This document shows positions 26,319-39,839 of a DNA stretch of 64,000 nt, one piece after another. The number at the start of each line of letters is the position of its first letter. Position 1 is the stretch's first letter. Source of the stretch: Scyliorhinus canicula (taxonomy: Eukaryota); assembly GCF_902713615.1 (NCBI RefSeq), contig NC_052158.1:43921159-43985158 (forward strand). Direction: 5' to 3'. The notes below the pieces were generated by a model. The model did not search any database, was not told the DNA's origin, and saw nothing but the letters and a program-made list of their open reading frames with translations. The position numbers were made by a program, and so were the translations under genes.

Positions 26319-28420
26319 GCGGAGAACCGGGGAGGTATATATACATTTGGGTGTCAGAGAAACAATTACATTAGTTATGTCCAATACAGAGAGGGCAATA
26401 CGAGAATGGATCTGGTGTTGGTGTTGTTACTTGCTTCTCCCGGATGGTTTTCACTGCCGTTGTCGTCGTGTGTTCACCTCCACTTCGGCCGTTCGTCCCG
26501 TTTTTCTCCTGTATTTTCTTGCTCTCTGTTCCTGTATTTGCTGAATTTGTTGTTGTTACCTGTGCTGTTCTTCCGGCTTTCATTCCCCCCCCCCCCCCCA
26601 CGCTGGTTCCCCTCTATTGTTCCCTGTCTTCTCCTTCTTCCCTCTTTCCCCCCCCCCCCCCCATTCTCCTGTGGTTCACCTTACCTTTCTTTTCTCTTAG
26701 GTTTAGCTGTCCCTCCACCACCCACCCTCCCCCCACCCCTCCCCTCGGGTTTTTCCCTACATCTCATGCCTTGGCTACTTTCCCCTGATTCTTGGCTACT
26801 TGGCTATTCTTCTCCTTGTGCGTTGGCCACAACAGGTCCCGGAACAGTTGGGTGAATGGCTCCCACGTTCTGTGGAAGCCATTATACAACCCTCGGATGG
26901 CGAATTTAATTTTCTCCATTTGGAGAGATTCTGAGAGGTTGGACAGCCAGTCTGCAGCTTTGGGGGGTGCTGCTGACAACTAGCCGAACAGGGTTCTACG
27001 GCGGGCGATCAGGGAGGAAAAGGCAAGGGTGTCCGCCCTCCTCCCCAGGAATAGATCTGGCTGGTCTGATACCCCGAAGACCGCCACTTTGGGGGCATGG
27101 CTCCACCCTCATCCCCACCACTTTGGACATTGCCTCAAAGAAGGCTGTCCAGTACCCATCAAGTCTGGCCCAAGACCAGAACATGTGGGTGTGGTTGGCC
27201 GGGCCTCCTTGGCACCGTTCACATCTGTCCTCCACCTCCGGGAAGAACCTGCTCATTTGAGTTCTTGTTAAGTGGGCTCTATGTACCACTTTTAGTTGCA
27301 ACAGGTTGTGCCTTGCACAGGTGGAGGTGGAGTTGACCCTATGCAGTGCTTTGCTCTAGAGTTCCCACCCTATTTCAATCTCCAGGTCTTCCATTTCATT
27401 CTTGTTGCGTCCAGTACGGTGTCGGCCCTTTGTATCAGTCGTTCATACATGTCGCTACAGTTTCCTTTATCTGGGATGTTTGCGTCCAATAGCTCTTCCA
27501 GTAATGTCTGTTATGGCGGTTGTGGGTACGGCGGTTGTGGCAATGTCCTTGTCTCCTTTCGTTGGAAGTTTTTGAGTTGCAGGTACCTTCGCTCGTTCCC
27601 CCTGGCTAGCTGGAATTTCTCCATCAGTTCGTCCAGTGTTGCGATCCTGCCATCTGTATATAGGCCTCTGACTGTCAGTGTCCCTCCGTCCTGTCCCCAC
27701 TTTTTAAAGGTGGTGTCAGTCAGCGCTAGTGTGAACCTATGGTTCTTGCAGATGAGAGCTTTGTCCGAAATTTTGGTCAGGCCAAATTGCTGCCGTAGTT
27801 GGTTCCAGGACTGGAGGGTGACTGTCACCACTGGGCTGCTGGACTGTTTTTTGGCTGGGGATGGGAGTGCTTCCATGGCAAGGGCCCAGAGGGAGGTCCC
27901 CTTGCAGGAGGGCTTCTCTGCACGCACCCACTCAGCTTCTGGCTCCTTGATCCCCTTATTCGCTCGGCTGTTGCCGCCCAGTGGTAGAATTGTAGGTTTG
28001 GAGGGCTAGCATTCTCTCCCCCCCCCCCCCCCCCCCCCCCCAAATATAAACACCATGATTAGTTTGTCTAGTGCTTTGAAAAAGGCCTTGGGGATGTAGA
28101 TCGTGATAGATCTCAGTAGGAAGAGGTACCTGAGCAGTCCGTTCATTTTGATCGTCTGGACTCTCCCCGTGAGGGAGAGTGGGAGTGTGTTCCATCTTTG
28201 CAGGTCCTTTTTGACTTCCTCTGTCAGACTGGTGATGTTCCATTTGTGGATCCCTTTCCAGTCATGGGCTATTTGGATCCCCAGGTAGCGGAATTTGAGT
28301 CGGGCTTGTTTAAACGGCAGTCTGGTACCCCTTTGGCTGGAATTTTTGCCAGTATTTCGGCATCTGCGTTTCGCAGTGAGATGGGTCTGTATGACCCACA
28401 TTCTGTTGGGTCTTTTTTTT
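26114..28420 (-). mobile_element. L1-clade LINE, 5'-truncated and internally deleted
   Basis: KDPTECGSYRPISL, FRYLGIQI, RVQTIKMN.L, HMFWS; flanking repeat ccactttaa. Confidence 0.85.
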
Positions 28421-28462
28421 CCACTTTAACCCTTAGTGCGCTAAATATATATATAATACAAT

Positions 28463-28637
28463 GACCAGAATTCACCGGATGTTGAAATTTACTTTTCCTG
28501 TCGACAGCGCACCCCCATCCAGCGGTGCAGTGTTTACAATGGGAAACCCCATTGACGAGGGGCGGGAAGATCGAATCCCGCCGCCAGTGAATGGCACGCG
28601 GTCACAAAACACGGGCTGGGGCTGGTGAATCCAGTCC
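28463..28637. mobile_element. MITE, TSD AAT
   Basis: gaccagaattcacc ... ggtgaatccagtcc. Confidence 0.7.
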
Positions 28638-28789
28638 AATAAATCTGAAATTCCTACTTTCATCACAACTCTTAACTGTCCTCTGAAATGGCCAACCAAG
28701 CCACTCAGTATAAGAGCAATAAGGGAAGGGCAATATGTGCTAGCCCAGCCAGCTATGCCCACATCCCATAAAATAATTTTTTAAGCCCC

Positions 28790-29160
<371 letters not shown>

Positions 29161-29412
29161 GTCGTCAATTATGATCTTAGCGTGGGGAAAGCAACGCTCT
29201 ACATGCAAGAAGCTTTGCACACACATACTTCATCAGAGCAAAGAAGAAATTGGAGATGATATTTTTTGGAATAGCCATAAAAGATTTTAAAAAGAGAATT
29301 TAAAATGTTTGAGTCTGAAAAATTAGCTCAGAAATGAGGCTGTCCTGATAGCTAAAGCAGAAGATGACAATTTAACTCTGGATTTAACTGAGGCATTCTT
29401 TGTATCATTTTA

Positions 29413-30027
29413 CTCTATCTACACCTCCCACTGCCTTGGGAAAGCGGGCAGCATAATCAAAGACCCCTCCCACCTGGCTTACTCACTCTTACAACTTCTT
29501 CCGTCGGGCAGGAGATACAAAAGTCTGAGAACACGCAGGAACAGATTCAAAAACAGCTTCTTCCCCGCTGTTAAAAGACTCCTAAATGACCCTCTTATGG
29601 ACTCACCTGATTAATACTACACTCCTGTATGCTTCACCCGATGCCGGCGCCTATGTATTTACATTGTGTACCTTGTATTGCCCTATTATGTATTTTCTTT
29701 TCATTTTTTTCTTTGTTTTAATAAATTTAGTGTACCCAATTAACTTTTTCCAATTAAGGGAAATTTAGCATGTCCAATCCCCCTACCCTGCATATCTTAA
29801 CCCACGCAAACACGGAGAGAATGTGCAAACTCCACACAGACAGTGATCCAGAGCCAGGATCAAACCTGGGACTTCGGTGCGTGAGGCAGCAGTGCTAACC
29901 ACTGTACCGCCATGCTGCCCATAGTATTTTCTTTTCATGTATTAAATGATCTGTTTGAGCGGCTCGCAGAAAAATACTTTTCACTACTCCTCGATATACA
30001 TGACAATAAACAAATCCAAATCCAAAA
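29413..30027 (+). mobile_element. Rex1/Babar-like LINE 3' end, with SINE inserted at 29715-29920 (-)
   Basis: IIKDPSH...LLPSGRRY.SL...R..NSFFP-like sequence; aataaacaaatccaaatccaaa tail. Confidence 0.7.
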
Positions 30028-31014
30028 ATGAGAAAGATACAGATATGAATAAGAATGAAGAATCTTCTTTTGTAGATAGAACTTTGCTCTATGAATATTG
30101 TAAGAAGAAAACTCAGAAAACATCACAATAAGTAATATTTTACATTTAAACTCGACTCAGCAGAGTGCTAATGAACTTGTGAAGTTGATGGGACAATGGG
30201 GGGATGATTATTGTGTGTATTGCATGTGATAAAATCTGTAACACATTGTAAATTGCAATATTCTATATGATAGAAATAAAAACACATCACTTCTGACACA
30301 TTTTCATTTTCTTCAGGTGGGAGATGTACATACTTATGTTCCTTGCAGTAATGACAGCCCAGAGAGATTGTTTTGTTTTAGGAGTTGGAGCGAGATGAAT
30401 TGAAAATCATTCAGTGATACTGAATTCACTGAAAGGCTGTAAAACCCATTTATTTCATCAGAGCAAAGAAGAAATTGTAAAATACATTCAATAACCATAC
30501 CTCGTCCTCAGTGTGTGCTGCAAAAATGGTGACAGAAGCCATGGAAGGAAGGGATGGACCTTTCCCTAATCAGCTGATCATCAGGTCATTCTCCTTCCTT
30601 GAATATGGGTGTGATGTCCGAATTTCTGCCAATGAAAGCATTGTGGGATGATCCAGTGAGTGACATTCCCGTGGAGTATTCTCAGACGGCCATTACACAC
30701 CAAGCAGGGGAATTGTTTTCCGTTCAGGGAGCTCTATGAGTCTCCCAGCACCTTGGGGACGCTTGGGGAAGCAGCTATTACATAAAACTCCAGTGACCTC
30801 TGCTGCTGCTCTCTGAGTGTTGTATTCAATTTATTGAAGTCTTTTACTCTAGTCATTTATGCCCCTCCCATCATTTCCTCTTCTTTTCTCCTCTGATTCC
30901 TCTCTCTCCTGTTCCTAACTCTGCACTGTAATTTGAAGTGCCACCTCAAACAGGTACCATCGGCAGAAACTCACCACTCTCATTATTCCCATCTGGAGCC
31001 ATGGTCATTTCTCT

Positions 31015-32348
31015 GGTAGGCATTTGACAAGGTGCTGCATAAAAGTCTGATCCAGAAGGTGAGATCGCAGGGGATTGCGGGTAGAATACTAGATTGGATT
31101 GAGGATTGGCTGACTGACAGAAAGCAGAAGGTCGGGATCAATGGGTCCTTCTCTGGCTCATGTACAGTAACTAGCGGGATGCTGCAGAGGTAGTCCGTGG
31201 ACCTCAACTGTTTCCGATCTATACAAATGATCTGCAAGCAGGGACAGAATGTAACATAGCACAATTTGAAGATGATACTAAAATAGGTAGGAAAGCAGGC
31301 AGTGAAGAGGAGATACATATTTTAGAGACAGATATAGATAGGCTAGGAGATTGGTCCAAATTTGGCAGATGGAGTTTAATGTAGATAAGTGTGAGGTTAT
31401 CCATTTTAGCCGAAAAAATAGGCAAATTATTATCTAATTGGAAAGCAGATTCAAAATGTGTCTAGGCAGAAGGATATGGGTGTCTTTGTTCATGAATTGT
31501 AGAAAGTCGGTGTGCAGGTACAGCATGTTAATTAAAAAGGCAAATGCAATGTTAATGTTTATTACAAAAAGGACTGGAGTATCAAAGTAGAGAAGTGTTG
31601 TTGTAATTGTATAAGGTGTTGGTGTGACCACATCTGAAATGCAATTAAATGAAATTCGCTTATTGTCACAAGTAATGACAAGTAGTGAAGTTACTATGAA
31701 AAGCCCCTAGTCACCACATTCCGGCGCCTGTTCGGTGAGGTTGGTACAGGAATTGAACCGTGCTGCTGGCCTGCCTTGGTCTGCTTTATATTTAGCCCTG
31801 TGCTAAACCAGCCCCTGGAGGACTTTGTTAAGTTTTGGTCTCCTTATTTGAGGAAGGATGTGGAGGCATTGGAGGTAATTCAACAAATTGATTCCGGGGA
31901 TGAAAGGGTTTGACGGATGAGGCGAGATTAAACGGTTTGGGCTTATACTCGCTGGAGTTCAGAAGGATGAGAGGGGATCTGATCGAGGTATATAAAATAC
32001 TAAAAAGGATTGATAGAGTAAACAAAATGTTCCCCCTTGTCTGTCAATTTAGAATGAGAGGTCACAAATGTAGGTTGAGAGGTGGTGGATTTAGAACTGA
32101 GATAAGGAGGCACTACTTCTCACCGACGGTGGTGAATTGCCCCCATATTGCAGTGGAATCTGAGTCATTAAATGGGTTCAAGAATGAGATAGATATATTT
32201 CTGATTTTATAAATGGGTTAAAGGCACAAGGGGAACAGGTAGGGAGGTGGATTTGAGACCAGGGAGAAATCAGTCATAATCTGATTATGTTGGAGCAGGC
32301 TAGAAGGGCGGAAATGCCTGCTTCTGCTCCTAATTCCTATGTTCCTAC
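31015..32348 (+). mobile_element. CR1 LINE 3' part, with short SINE-tail element at 31640-31815 (-)
   Basis: AFDKV.H, LGLYSLEFRRMRGDLIEVYKIL, 3' UTR tcctatgttcctac. Confidence 0.8.
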
Positions 32349-32759
32349 GCAGCTCTCACCACACTTGGAGCCCACTTACACTTCTTCCCAGCCTCATCCT
32401 TGTTTATTTTGGTAGAGTTGGTGACAAGGGAAGGGACTCAATCCCCAAGTCATAGTAACTCCCCAAGCCGGACAAATTCCCTTAGCACAGTTTACAGCCT
32501 GAGTCACAGCACAACTCTACAAGTCCCAGAATCAGTCCCTCAGTAACAGTTACTCCGCACGCACTTCTTTAATCTTCTCCCCCACTCTCTTAGCTTCTTC
32601 CTTCCAAGTCCCTACCCCGTCCCTTTCTCTCCAGTGCTTCTATTTCTCTCCCATGCTCTTGCACCCCTCTCTCCTGTGCATTTGCTGATCCCATCACTGC
32701 ATGTCATCACTGCCTTGGATACTGTGGATCTTTCTCTTCTGATCTGCTGCCAAACACAT

Positions 32760-34083
32760 TCGAGGCGACATCGGGTACTGATACTGCCAGTTTAAAAGCG
32801 TCCGAGGATGAAGGATGCTATTCCCACACTAGAAATCTGCCAAACGTTCACCAGGACAACTGAGACAGCAGCTAAAATAAGTGAGGTTTTATTCAGATGG
32901 ACAATGACAAATTTAAATCTCCCCCTGATCTGCTGCTCAAAGTCTCCTCGGTATCCCAAATTTCAGGAAACTCTTGTTCCTGCAGAAATATTTGGATTGT
33001 CTGTGAGAGACGTCAATCAGAGATCCCACCCACTCTGCCCATTCTCTCCTCTTCCTCTACCACAGCTGCTTCACTTCCTGTAGGGACTCAAAACCAAGTC
33101 AGGAGATGGTGAGTAAAGGAGCAGAATTTACAATCATTACATTGCACAATATCCACACTAATGTTCAGGCAGTCTGACTATCCTGTGGGCAATCAGCTGT
33201 GGAAATGCCCCTTATGCTGTGTCAGAAGATCCAGCTCACAGACCTGTTTACTCGGTGCTTTGTGCTGAGCTGTTTGATTGGCTGTGTGTTGGATATTGAG
33301 GGTGTTTATTGGAAGCATTTCCCTTCTGATTTCCAGACTGAGTTTTGTTGATGGGTCATTGCTGAATATGCGAAGGTGAGGTGTAATTATCTGGGAGGGT
33401 CAGAGACACATTTAGTTAAATGTCTTCTGTCAAGATTTTACCTGAAGGCCTCGGCCTTTCCCAAAAGGCTGGGCTTGGATTTGATAGTTTAGCCCAGTGC
33501 TGTGTGTGAGAGCTGAATTGGGGATGTGCAGTCTGCGTGAGTGCAGTGTATTTAATTTCCCAGGATAAACAAGAGCCCTTCAATCATCTGAACTGAATCA
33601 ATATTTTCCTGAGCTTCCAGCACTTCCTGCCCAGTGTATTCCCTTCAAATAATATGGCAAAACAAGGGGAGAAATGTCAAAATCTCTATTGAATTAACGT
33701 TCCTCCTGAGTGTTTTTATACTAAGCACATACTCTAAGGGTAAACCTTGTCTTCACCATAATGACTCAGGTTCATAGTGAATTGATAGCCAGTTTTACAC
33801 TCCGCCCAACTGTCTTTTCCATTGCCCTCACGCCTGCAAAGATGGGGATCTGGGTGGAGGAAAAAAAGTAGCCGCGTTGTCTGCTCCTGACCACTGGCTT
33901 CTGGAAACGGAGGGTGTGTGACAGTCAAGTGAGAAAAAAGTAAGGATTTGTATCTGATCTTCCACATGGGAATAGCAGACTGACACTCACTGTGGAACAG
34001 TCTCTGACTGAGGAGTCAGCCCCTTCAGCAAAGGAGGAGAGGGAGTTGGAAAACAATAATGCTTCCTTTTCCTGTTTTACAGA
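32760..34083 (+). other. Putative 5' exons and introns of ZNF gene 2
   Basis: Donor gtgagg at 32881; exon 32986-33108 (cctgcag| ... atg|gtgagt); acceptor ttttacag| at 34083, conserved in the paralogue at ~47305. Confidence 0.45.
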
Positions 34084-34521
34084 AGGATTGCACCGTATTA
34101 CACCAGAGAATACAGAGAGGATAGTCACCACAGAAAGATCCTGATCATCACCCAAGGAACAACTGCAGAACTGTGGGAAGACATCCAGTCTCTTCACAGC
34201 ATTTCTCAACACAGAAGGCTGGGCAGGGAAACCATCAAATGGAAATTAGTTGGATCAGGGGAGCTTTGACATATCATCAGATCTGAAACTGGTCAGTGGT
34301 GTGGAATCTTCCATCAGAACCAACCTTTCCAAAGGTCTGGGTGTGGCTGGGAAGAAGTGTGAGTGGGCTACAAGTGTGAGAGCTTCAATCATTCATTGAG
34401 CCTCATGAACTGCTGACTCATTCCTACAGGTGAGAGGCTGTTCAAGAGTGAGGTGTTTGACGAGGGCTCCACAGGCTCATAAGACCTCCTAACACGCAAT
34501 GTACATCTGTTGAAAAGCCAC

Positions 34522-35373
34522 ATGGAAGAGAAACCATTTGAATGTGAAGTGTGTAACAAAAACTTTGCACAATCATCGACCCTCCTGATTCACCAGCGTA
34601 TTCACACTGGTGAGAAACCATTCACGTGTCAGGTGTGCCTCAAATCATTCTCTCAATTATCACACCTCCACGCACACCAGCACATTCACACAGGTGAGAA
34701 ACCATTCACCTGTGACCTGTGTGAGAAATCATTCTCGCAGTCATCCCACCTCCGCACACACGAACGTATTCACACCGGCGAGAAACCCTTCAGATGTGAG
34801 GTGTGCAACAAATCATTCTCGCTGTCATGGAGTCTCCTCGAACATCAGCCCATCCACACAGGGGAAAAACCATTCACATGTGAGGTGTGCAACAAATCTT
34901 TCTCGCAGTCATCGGGCCTTCGCGCACACAAACGTGTTCACACCGGGAAGAAACCATTCACCTGCCAAGTGTGCGACAAATCATTCTCACGCTTATCATA
35001 CTTCCGCGTACACCAACGTGTACACACAGGGGAGAAACCATTCAAATGTGAAGTCTGTGACAAAGCCTTCACACGGTCATCAGGCCTCCTGGCCCATCAG
35101 GGAATCCACACAGGGCAGAAACCGTTCAAATGTGAGGTTTGTGATAAAACGTTTACAATATCAACGAGGCTGCTGAGACATCAGCGCATTCACACAGGGG
35201 AGAAACCCTTCAGGTGTGAGGTGTGCAACAAATCATTCTCGCGGTCATCAAACCTCCGTGCACACCAACGTATTCACACAGGGGAGAAACCCTTCACGTG
35301 CGAGATGTGCAGCAAATCATTCTCGCGGTCATCGAACCTCCTGCTCCATCAGAGAATCCACACAGGAAAGTAA
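34522..35373 (+). CDS. C2H2 zinc-finger protein, 10 tandem fingers, no effector domain
   Basis: [11 protein letters not shown]...; 10 CxxC-x12-HxxxH units joined by TGEKPF-type linkers, uninterrupted. Confidence 0.85.
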   Translation: MEEKPFECEVCNKNFAQSSTLLIHQRIHTGEKPFTCQVCLKSFSQLSHLHAHQHIHTGEKPFTCDLCEKSFSQSSHLRTHERIHTGEKPFRCEVCNKSFSLSWSLLEHQPIHTGEKPFTCEVCNKSFSQSSGLRAHKRVHTGKKPFTCQVCDKSFSRLSYFRVHQRVHTGEKPFKCEVCDKAFTRSSGLLAHQGIHTGQKPFKCEVCDKTFTISTRLLRHQRIHTGEKPFRCEVCNKSFSRSSNLRAHQRIHTGEKPFTCEMCSKSFSRSSNLLLHQRIHTGK

Positions 35374-35562
35374 CCATTTACCATTCAAATGTGAGATTTG
35401 CGATGAAGGTTTCCTCAATCCTCCTGGGATACCAGACAATTCATACAAGGGAGGAACTCTACAGATGTGATCTTTGCAACAAGGCTTTCACGCACTTCAT
35501 CAATCTCCTGAAGCACCAGCTAATCCACACTGATGAGAAACCACTCAGGTGTGAGGTGTGTG
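35374..35562 (+). pseudogene. Out-of-frame residual fingers downstream of the stop
   Basis: PFKCEICD, YRCDLCNKAF...HQLIHTDEKPLRCEVC. Confidence 0.75.
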
Positions 35563-35997
35563 TCAGAGATGAGAGTCCCTTGCAGTGTCTCAATTAGCTA
35601 AGAGTAGTATGCTGGATGAACTGGAATGTGACTCACTCCCATTGTATGAAAACAACAATCTTTATTGGACAGCTATTAAACAGTTATTAATGAAAAAATA
35701 AAAAATGAAAGAAAGATAACTTGATTAAAAGGAAGAATAAAAAGATATCTAAATAGAAAAGTGAAGAAAGACAATTTTATATACATACATATTACAAATA
35801 CATACAAGCACACACTATTATCTGTTAATCCCAAATTGTTCTGTTCATGGCACCTTCCCAAAATACTTTGACAAGGAAGTTAAATAATCATGAGTGATCC
35901 ATGAGGGGATTTAATCCTCTTGCATCTGTCTCACACTCTCTCAGGTTTATTTCACCAGCCAGGACCCATAAATGAAAACATCATCATTTTGAGCATT

Positions 35998-37337
35998 TTA
36001 TGTTCCTCCCTGATTATTTGTTGTTTTTGCTTGATTCTCTAATTCACTCACCATATCCGTCAAAGGAATTGACTTCCGATCTTCCTGTAACTTAGTGATC
36101 TGATTGGTGTTCCCTTCGCAGGGAATATCTTTGAGATGCTTTTTAAGATTCAGTAACTCATCCTGACTTTGAGGTAATCTGCTCAGAAGATCAAAAGGGA
36201 CGGTGGGTCTGTCTCAAGATATTTACTTATCTCCCTCTGCATGGTTCCAGTATTTTAATGGCAACCAGATGATCAAATTCAGTTCTCTTAAAAAGTTCAT
36301 AGACAAAGACACAAATATCTTGAAGAGAAAGCTTTTACTTTATTCATCTCATCAACACTTTCCGTTCACATTGATCTATTCCACTGACCTACATCCAAGG
36401 TGAGTTAGTTGCTGCTGTGGGAGTTTCACAGCTATTTAAATATAGTGTTCCCTACTGCGCAATTGATCAGACAACACTCAGAGTTCCAGTTCAAAAACTG
36501 TACTCAAGCTATAGCAGGGGAGCTAAACATCCACCACATAGCTTGCCAGCTCCCCGAACAAAGAAATACAGAGCAATTAGACCTTTTGCTTATCTTCCAA
36601 GTAATCAACATATATCAGTCAAAATTGTTCACTTATTTGAAGATCATCAGTTTCAATTACTTCATCAGTTTCCCAGAGGAGAATTGACCAATTGCAGAAA
36701 AATCTATGCTTGCCTACTGGATACAAAGGCACATACATCACTATCAATACACACATGTCGAGAGTCCTGAATGCAGAGTGCGTTGTTCTCCTTTGGACCC
36801 ACTTGCCGTCTATAGCTGATATCTAGACAGCAGTGATGTGTGGTTACAGCCCTCTCGCGTGCCATTAAAGAGGCCCATTGTCCAGTGTCTCTGCAGCTGT
36901 GAAGCTGCTAGTCTCGCAACGTGACAAGAATAGATGATAAAGTTGCCGTCAAAGATTTTTAACCCCTTCAGGAACTGATGAAGAGGATCAAAGTATGTGA
37001 ATAGATTGTAAGAAAAAATATTCCAATATAATGTGTAAAACAGTTACCATCTTCCTTTAGTTACCATCTTATTTTTCCATCATGAGCCCTGGAGAAACCT
37101 AACTGTCCAATAAAATATTTTCTCAAAATAAACCTGCCAGATACTCCTTCTCTTAGGTCCTATGGTAATAATTATAGAATCTCTGCAATTACACTGACTT
37201 TTGGTGGGGGTTTGTTTGATAGAAATTAGGATCTCGTGCCGATCAATATTCTCTTCTCCACTCCCCACCCCCCAGACTCTGCACAGGTCAACCTCTACAT
37301 TCCTCGGTGAGTCTTTGGTTGGTGTCCCAGTCCACAT
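35998..37337 (-). pseudogene. Decayed intronless coding-like sequence of unknown origin
   Basis: Manual translation gives long protein-like runs with isolated stops and frameshifts; no recognised motif. Confidence 0.35.
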
Positions 37338-37399
37338 TTCGCTTTATTTCTGGGGGAATGTATCTAGGATTTTTATATATATATAAATAACAAGCATGT

Positions 37400-38460
37400 A
37401 TCCATAATACCAGACTATCCACACAGGGGAGAACCCTTTCAGCTGTGAGTTGTGGGGCTAAGCCTTCACACAGTCATCAGCGCTTGTGCAACACCGACAC
37501 TTGCACAGGGGAGAAACCATTCAAATCTGAGGTATGCAACAATCATTCTCGTAGTCATCTCATTTTCATATACACCAGCGCCTTCAAACTGGGGAGAAAT
37601 TATTTTTTGATTTGATTTATTATTGTCACATGTATTAGTATACAGTGAAAAGTATTATTTCTTGCATGCTATACAAACAATGTACATAGGGAAGAGAGAC
37701 TGCAGAATATAAATGTTACAGTTATAGCAAGGTCTAGAGAAAAGATCAACTTAATACGAGTAGGTCCATTCGAAAGTGGTGGCAGTATGATTCACCTGTG
37801 AAGGGTAGTAAATCATTCTTCCAGTCATCGACCCTCCGTGAACATCAATACTGAGAAGAACCTGTTTAAGTGTGAAATGGGTAATAAGAACTTTACACAG
37901 TTCTCAAGCCTGGTGAAGCACTGGCGCCTTCACGAAGGGAAGAAGAAAACATTCAAGTGTGAGGTGTGGAATAAGGATTTTGAACAATTATGGGACATGT
38001 TGGGTCACCATGTCGGGCGGCACTGTAGCACAGTGGTTAGCACTTGTTTTTACAGCACCAGGGTCCCAGGTTTGATTCCTGGCTTGGGTCACTGTCTGTG
38101 CGGAGTCTACATGTTCTCCCCGTCTCTGCATGTGTTTCCTATGGGTGCTCCGGTTACCTCGCACAAGTCCTGAAAGATGTGCTTGTTAGGTGAATTGAAT
38201 TCTGAATTATCCCTTAATGTACCCGAACAGGCGTCGGAGTGTGGCGAATAGGGGATTTTCACAGTAACTTCATTGTAATTTTAATGTAAGCCTACTTGTG
38301 ACAATAATAAAGATCATTATTATTACCTTAGCATTCACACAGCAGGGAAGACAGTGAGGTGAGTGGCTGAGCCTCACCCAGTCAGTAACCCTCATGAAAC
38401 ACTGACACATCCACACTGAAGAAAAGATGGTTCAGTGTGATGTATCTGACAAAGACCTAA
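37400..38460 (+). pseudogene. Decayed C2H2 fingers, with Rex1-like tail (37605-37780, -) and SINE (38015-38325, +)
   Basis: cacacaggggagaaccctttcagctgtgag; FKCEMGNKNFTQFSSLVKHWRLH. Confidence 0.75.
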
Positions 38461-38644
38461 GCATGAACCAGGATTTAACAGCAGATGGACTAATGCGGGG
38501 GTGTTGGCAATATGCAATGTTACAGTGGGGGAAATAGGTGATCTTTGTATGGGTATGAGATTGAAAGCACAGCTGGAGGTTGAAGAAACTGGCCAATTGT
38601 TGGAGATGAGAGTGAGAGGAAAATCGAGAGGAATTTAAGGACTA

Positions 38645-39160
38645 TAGGAACTGGAATCATCCCTTGAGCCTCTTACACCATTCAATTAGATCATGGATGA
38701 TCCATATCCTATCTACCTGCCTTAGCTCTGTCACCCTTAAACCCCATGTCTAAAAATAAACCTATTAATCTCAGTATTGAAATTTTCAATTGACCCTGAG
38801 CATCAAACTGATTTTGTGGGGAGAGAGTTCCAGATTTCCCCTTTTTGAGATCTAAATTATAACGCTATGCCCCTTGTTCTGGACTCCCACCAGAGGAATA
38901 GTTGTTCTCGAACTACTGCCATCATCTACTTTAATCATCTTAAATACCTCAATTAGATTACCCCTTAATTTTCTACATTAAAGGCAATGCCAGCTCAGTC
39001 TGTGCAATAATTTAACCCTTTCACCCCAGAAACATTCTGGTGAATCTATGCTGCACTCCCTCTAAGACCAATATATCCTTTCTGAGGTGCGGTGCCCAGA
39101 ACTGGACACAGTTCTGCAGATAGGGTCTGAACAGAGCTCTATACAGCTGGAGCAGAATTT
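38645..39160 (-). mobile_element. Old CR1-type LINE 3' fragment
   Basis: ggtgcccagaactggacacagt (rc of CVQFW.PH region), ccattcaattagatcatgg. Confidence 0.65.
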
Positions 39161-39839
39161 CCACAAGGACACAGATAGTTTTAGGGATGGTACATTCAGG
39201 GGAGAGGGGACTGCTGAAATCCCTGTACCCTACCCAGCTTCCTATGATCAGTCAGTTTCTGTGAGGAAGATATGTGTGTGTGTATCTTTTTTAAAAAAAA
39301 ACATTTTAATGAGGCGTTTATGATTATATAACATCAAATACAAATGTAAATATAATTCAGTTCATAGGAAGCCCCCCAACCAACAACCATACCCACCAAT
39401 GTGGCTTATATACACAATTCCCCAGTCCGTCCATTTCCTCTTGCTGATCCCGTCTAAACTAAACTAACTTCCCCTAACCCCCCGCCCATGTTCCCTATCA
39501 CCCCCATATATGTGTGTGTATCTAACCCTTCATTATGTGGACAGTTTGAAAAATCAGCAAAAGCTTTTTGTGGTTTAAAAAAAGACAGATGACTTTTTAT
39601 TTAAGCACTTACCCCACAATCTAACATGACTGTACCCACTCTCGCTCTCTCTCACACGCACACATGTACTCAACAAAAGTAACCTTTACAAATTCAGAAA
39701 AGCAATTCACAATGTGTATCATAAAATCTAACATGGAATCTTAAAATCGAACTGGAACTTACTGCCTGAAAGGGTGATTGAGGGAGAAACCATCACAACA
39801 TTTAGGAAGTAGTGAGATAAGCACTTGAATCACCACAGG

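Larger units (their letters stand above)
13144..28667 (-). mobile_element. Gmr1-like Gypsy LTR retrotransposon (PR-IN-RT-RH order), degraded, 4-bp TSD ACTC
   Basis: 3' LTR 13144-14434 with adjacent PPT; RNaseH 14700-14980; RT 19320-20200; integrase 22330-24870; 5' LTR remnant 28430-28667; ACTC at 13140-13143 and 28668-28671. Confidence 0.85.
12900..28782 (+). mobile_element. Older tRNA-derived SINE split in two (12900-13143 and 28668-28782) by the Gmr1-like element
   Basis: ...agcaatgtggttgACTC | ACTCttaactgtcctctgaaatggcc... reads through; tRNA-like head tggtgtagtggtt. Confidence 0.7.

Noticed and set aside
29229-30500. Repeat ttcatcagagcaaagaagaaattg at ~29229 and ~30454
   Set aside because: Short; probably an old local duplication, with no structure I can support.
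34610-35176. 188-aa alternative-frame ORF (RNHS repeats)
   Set aside because: Shadow frame of zinc-finger codon periodicity.
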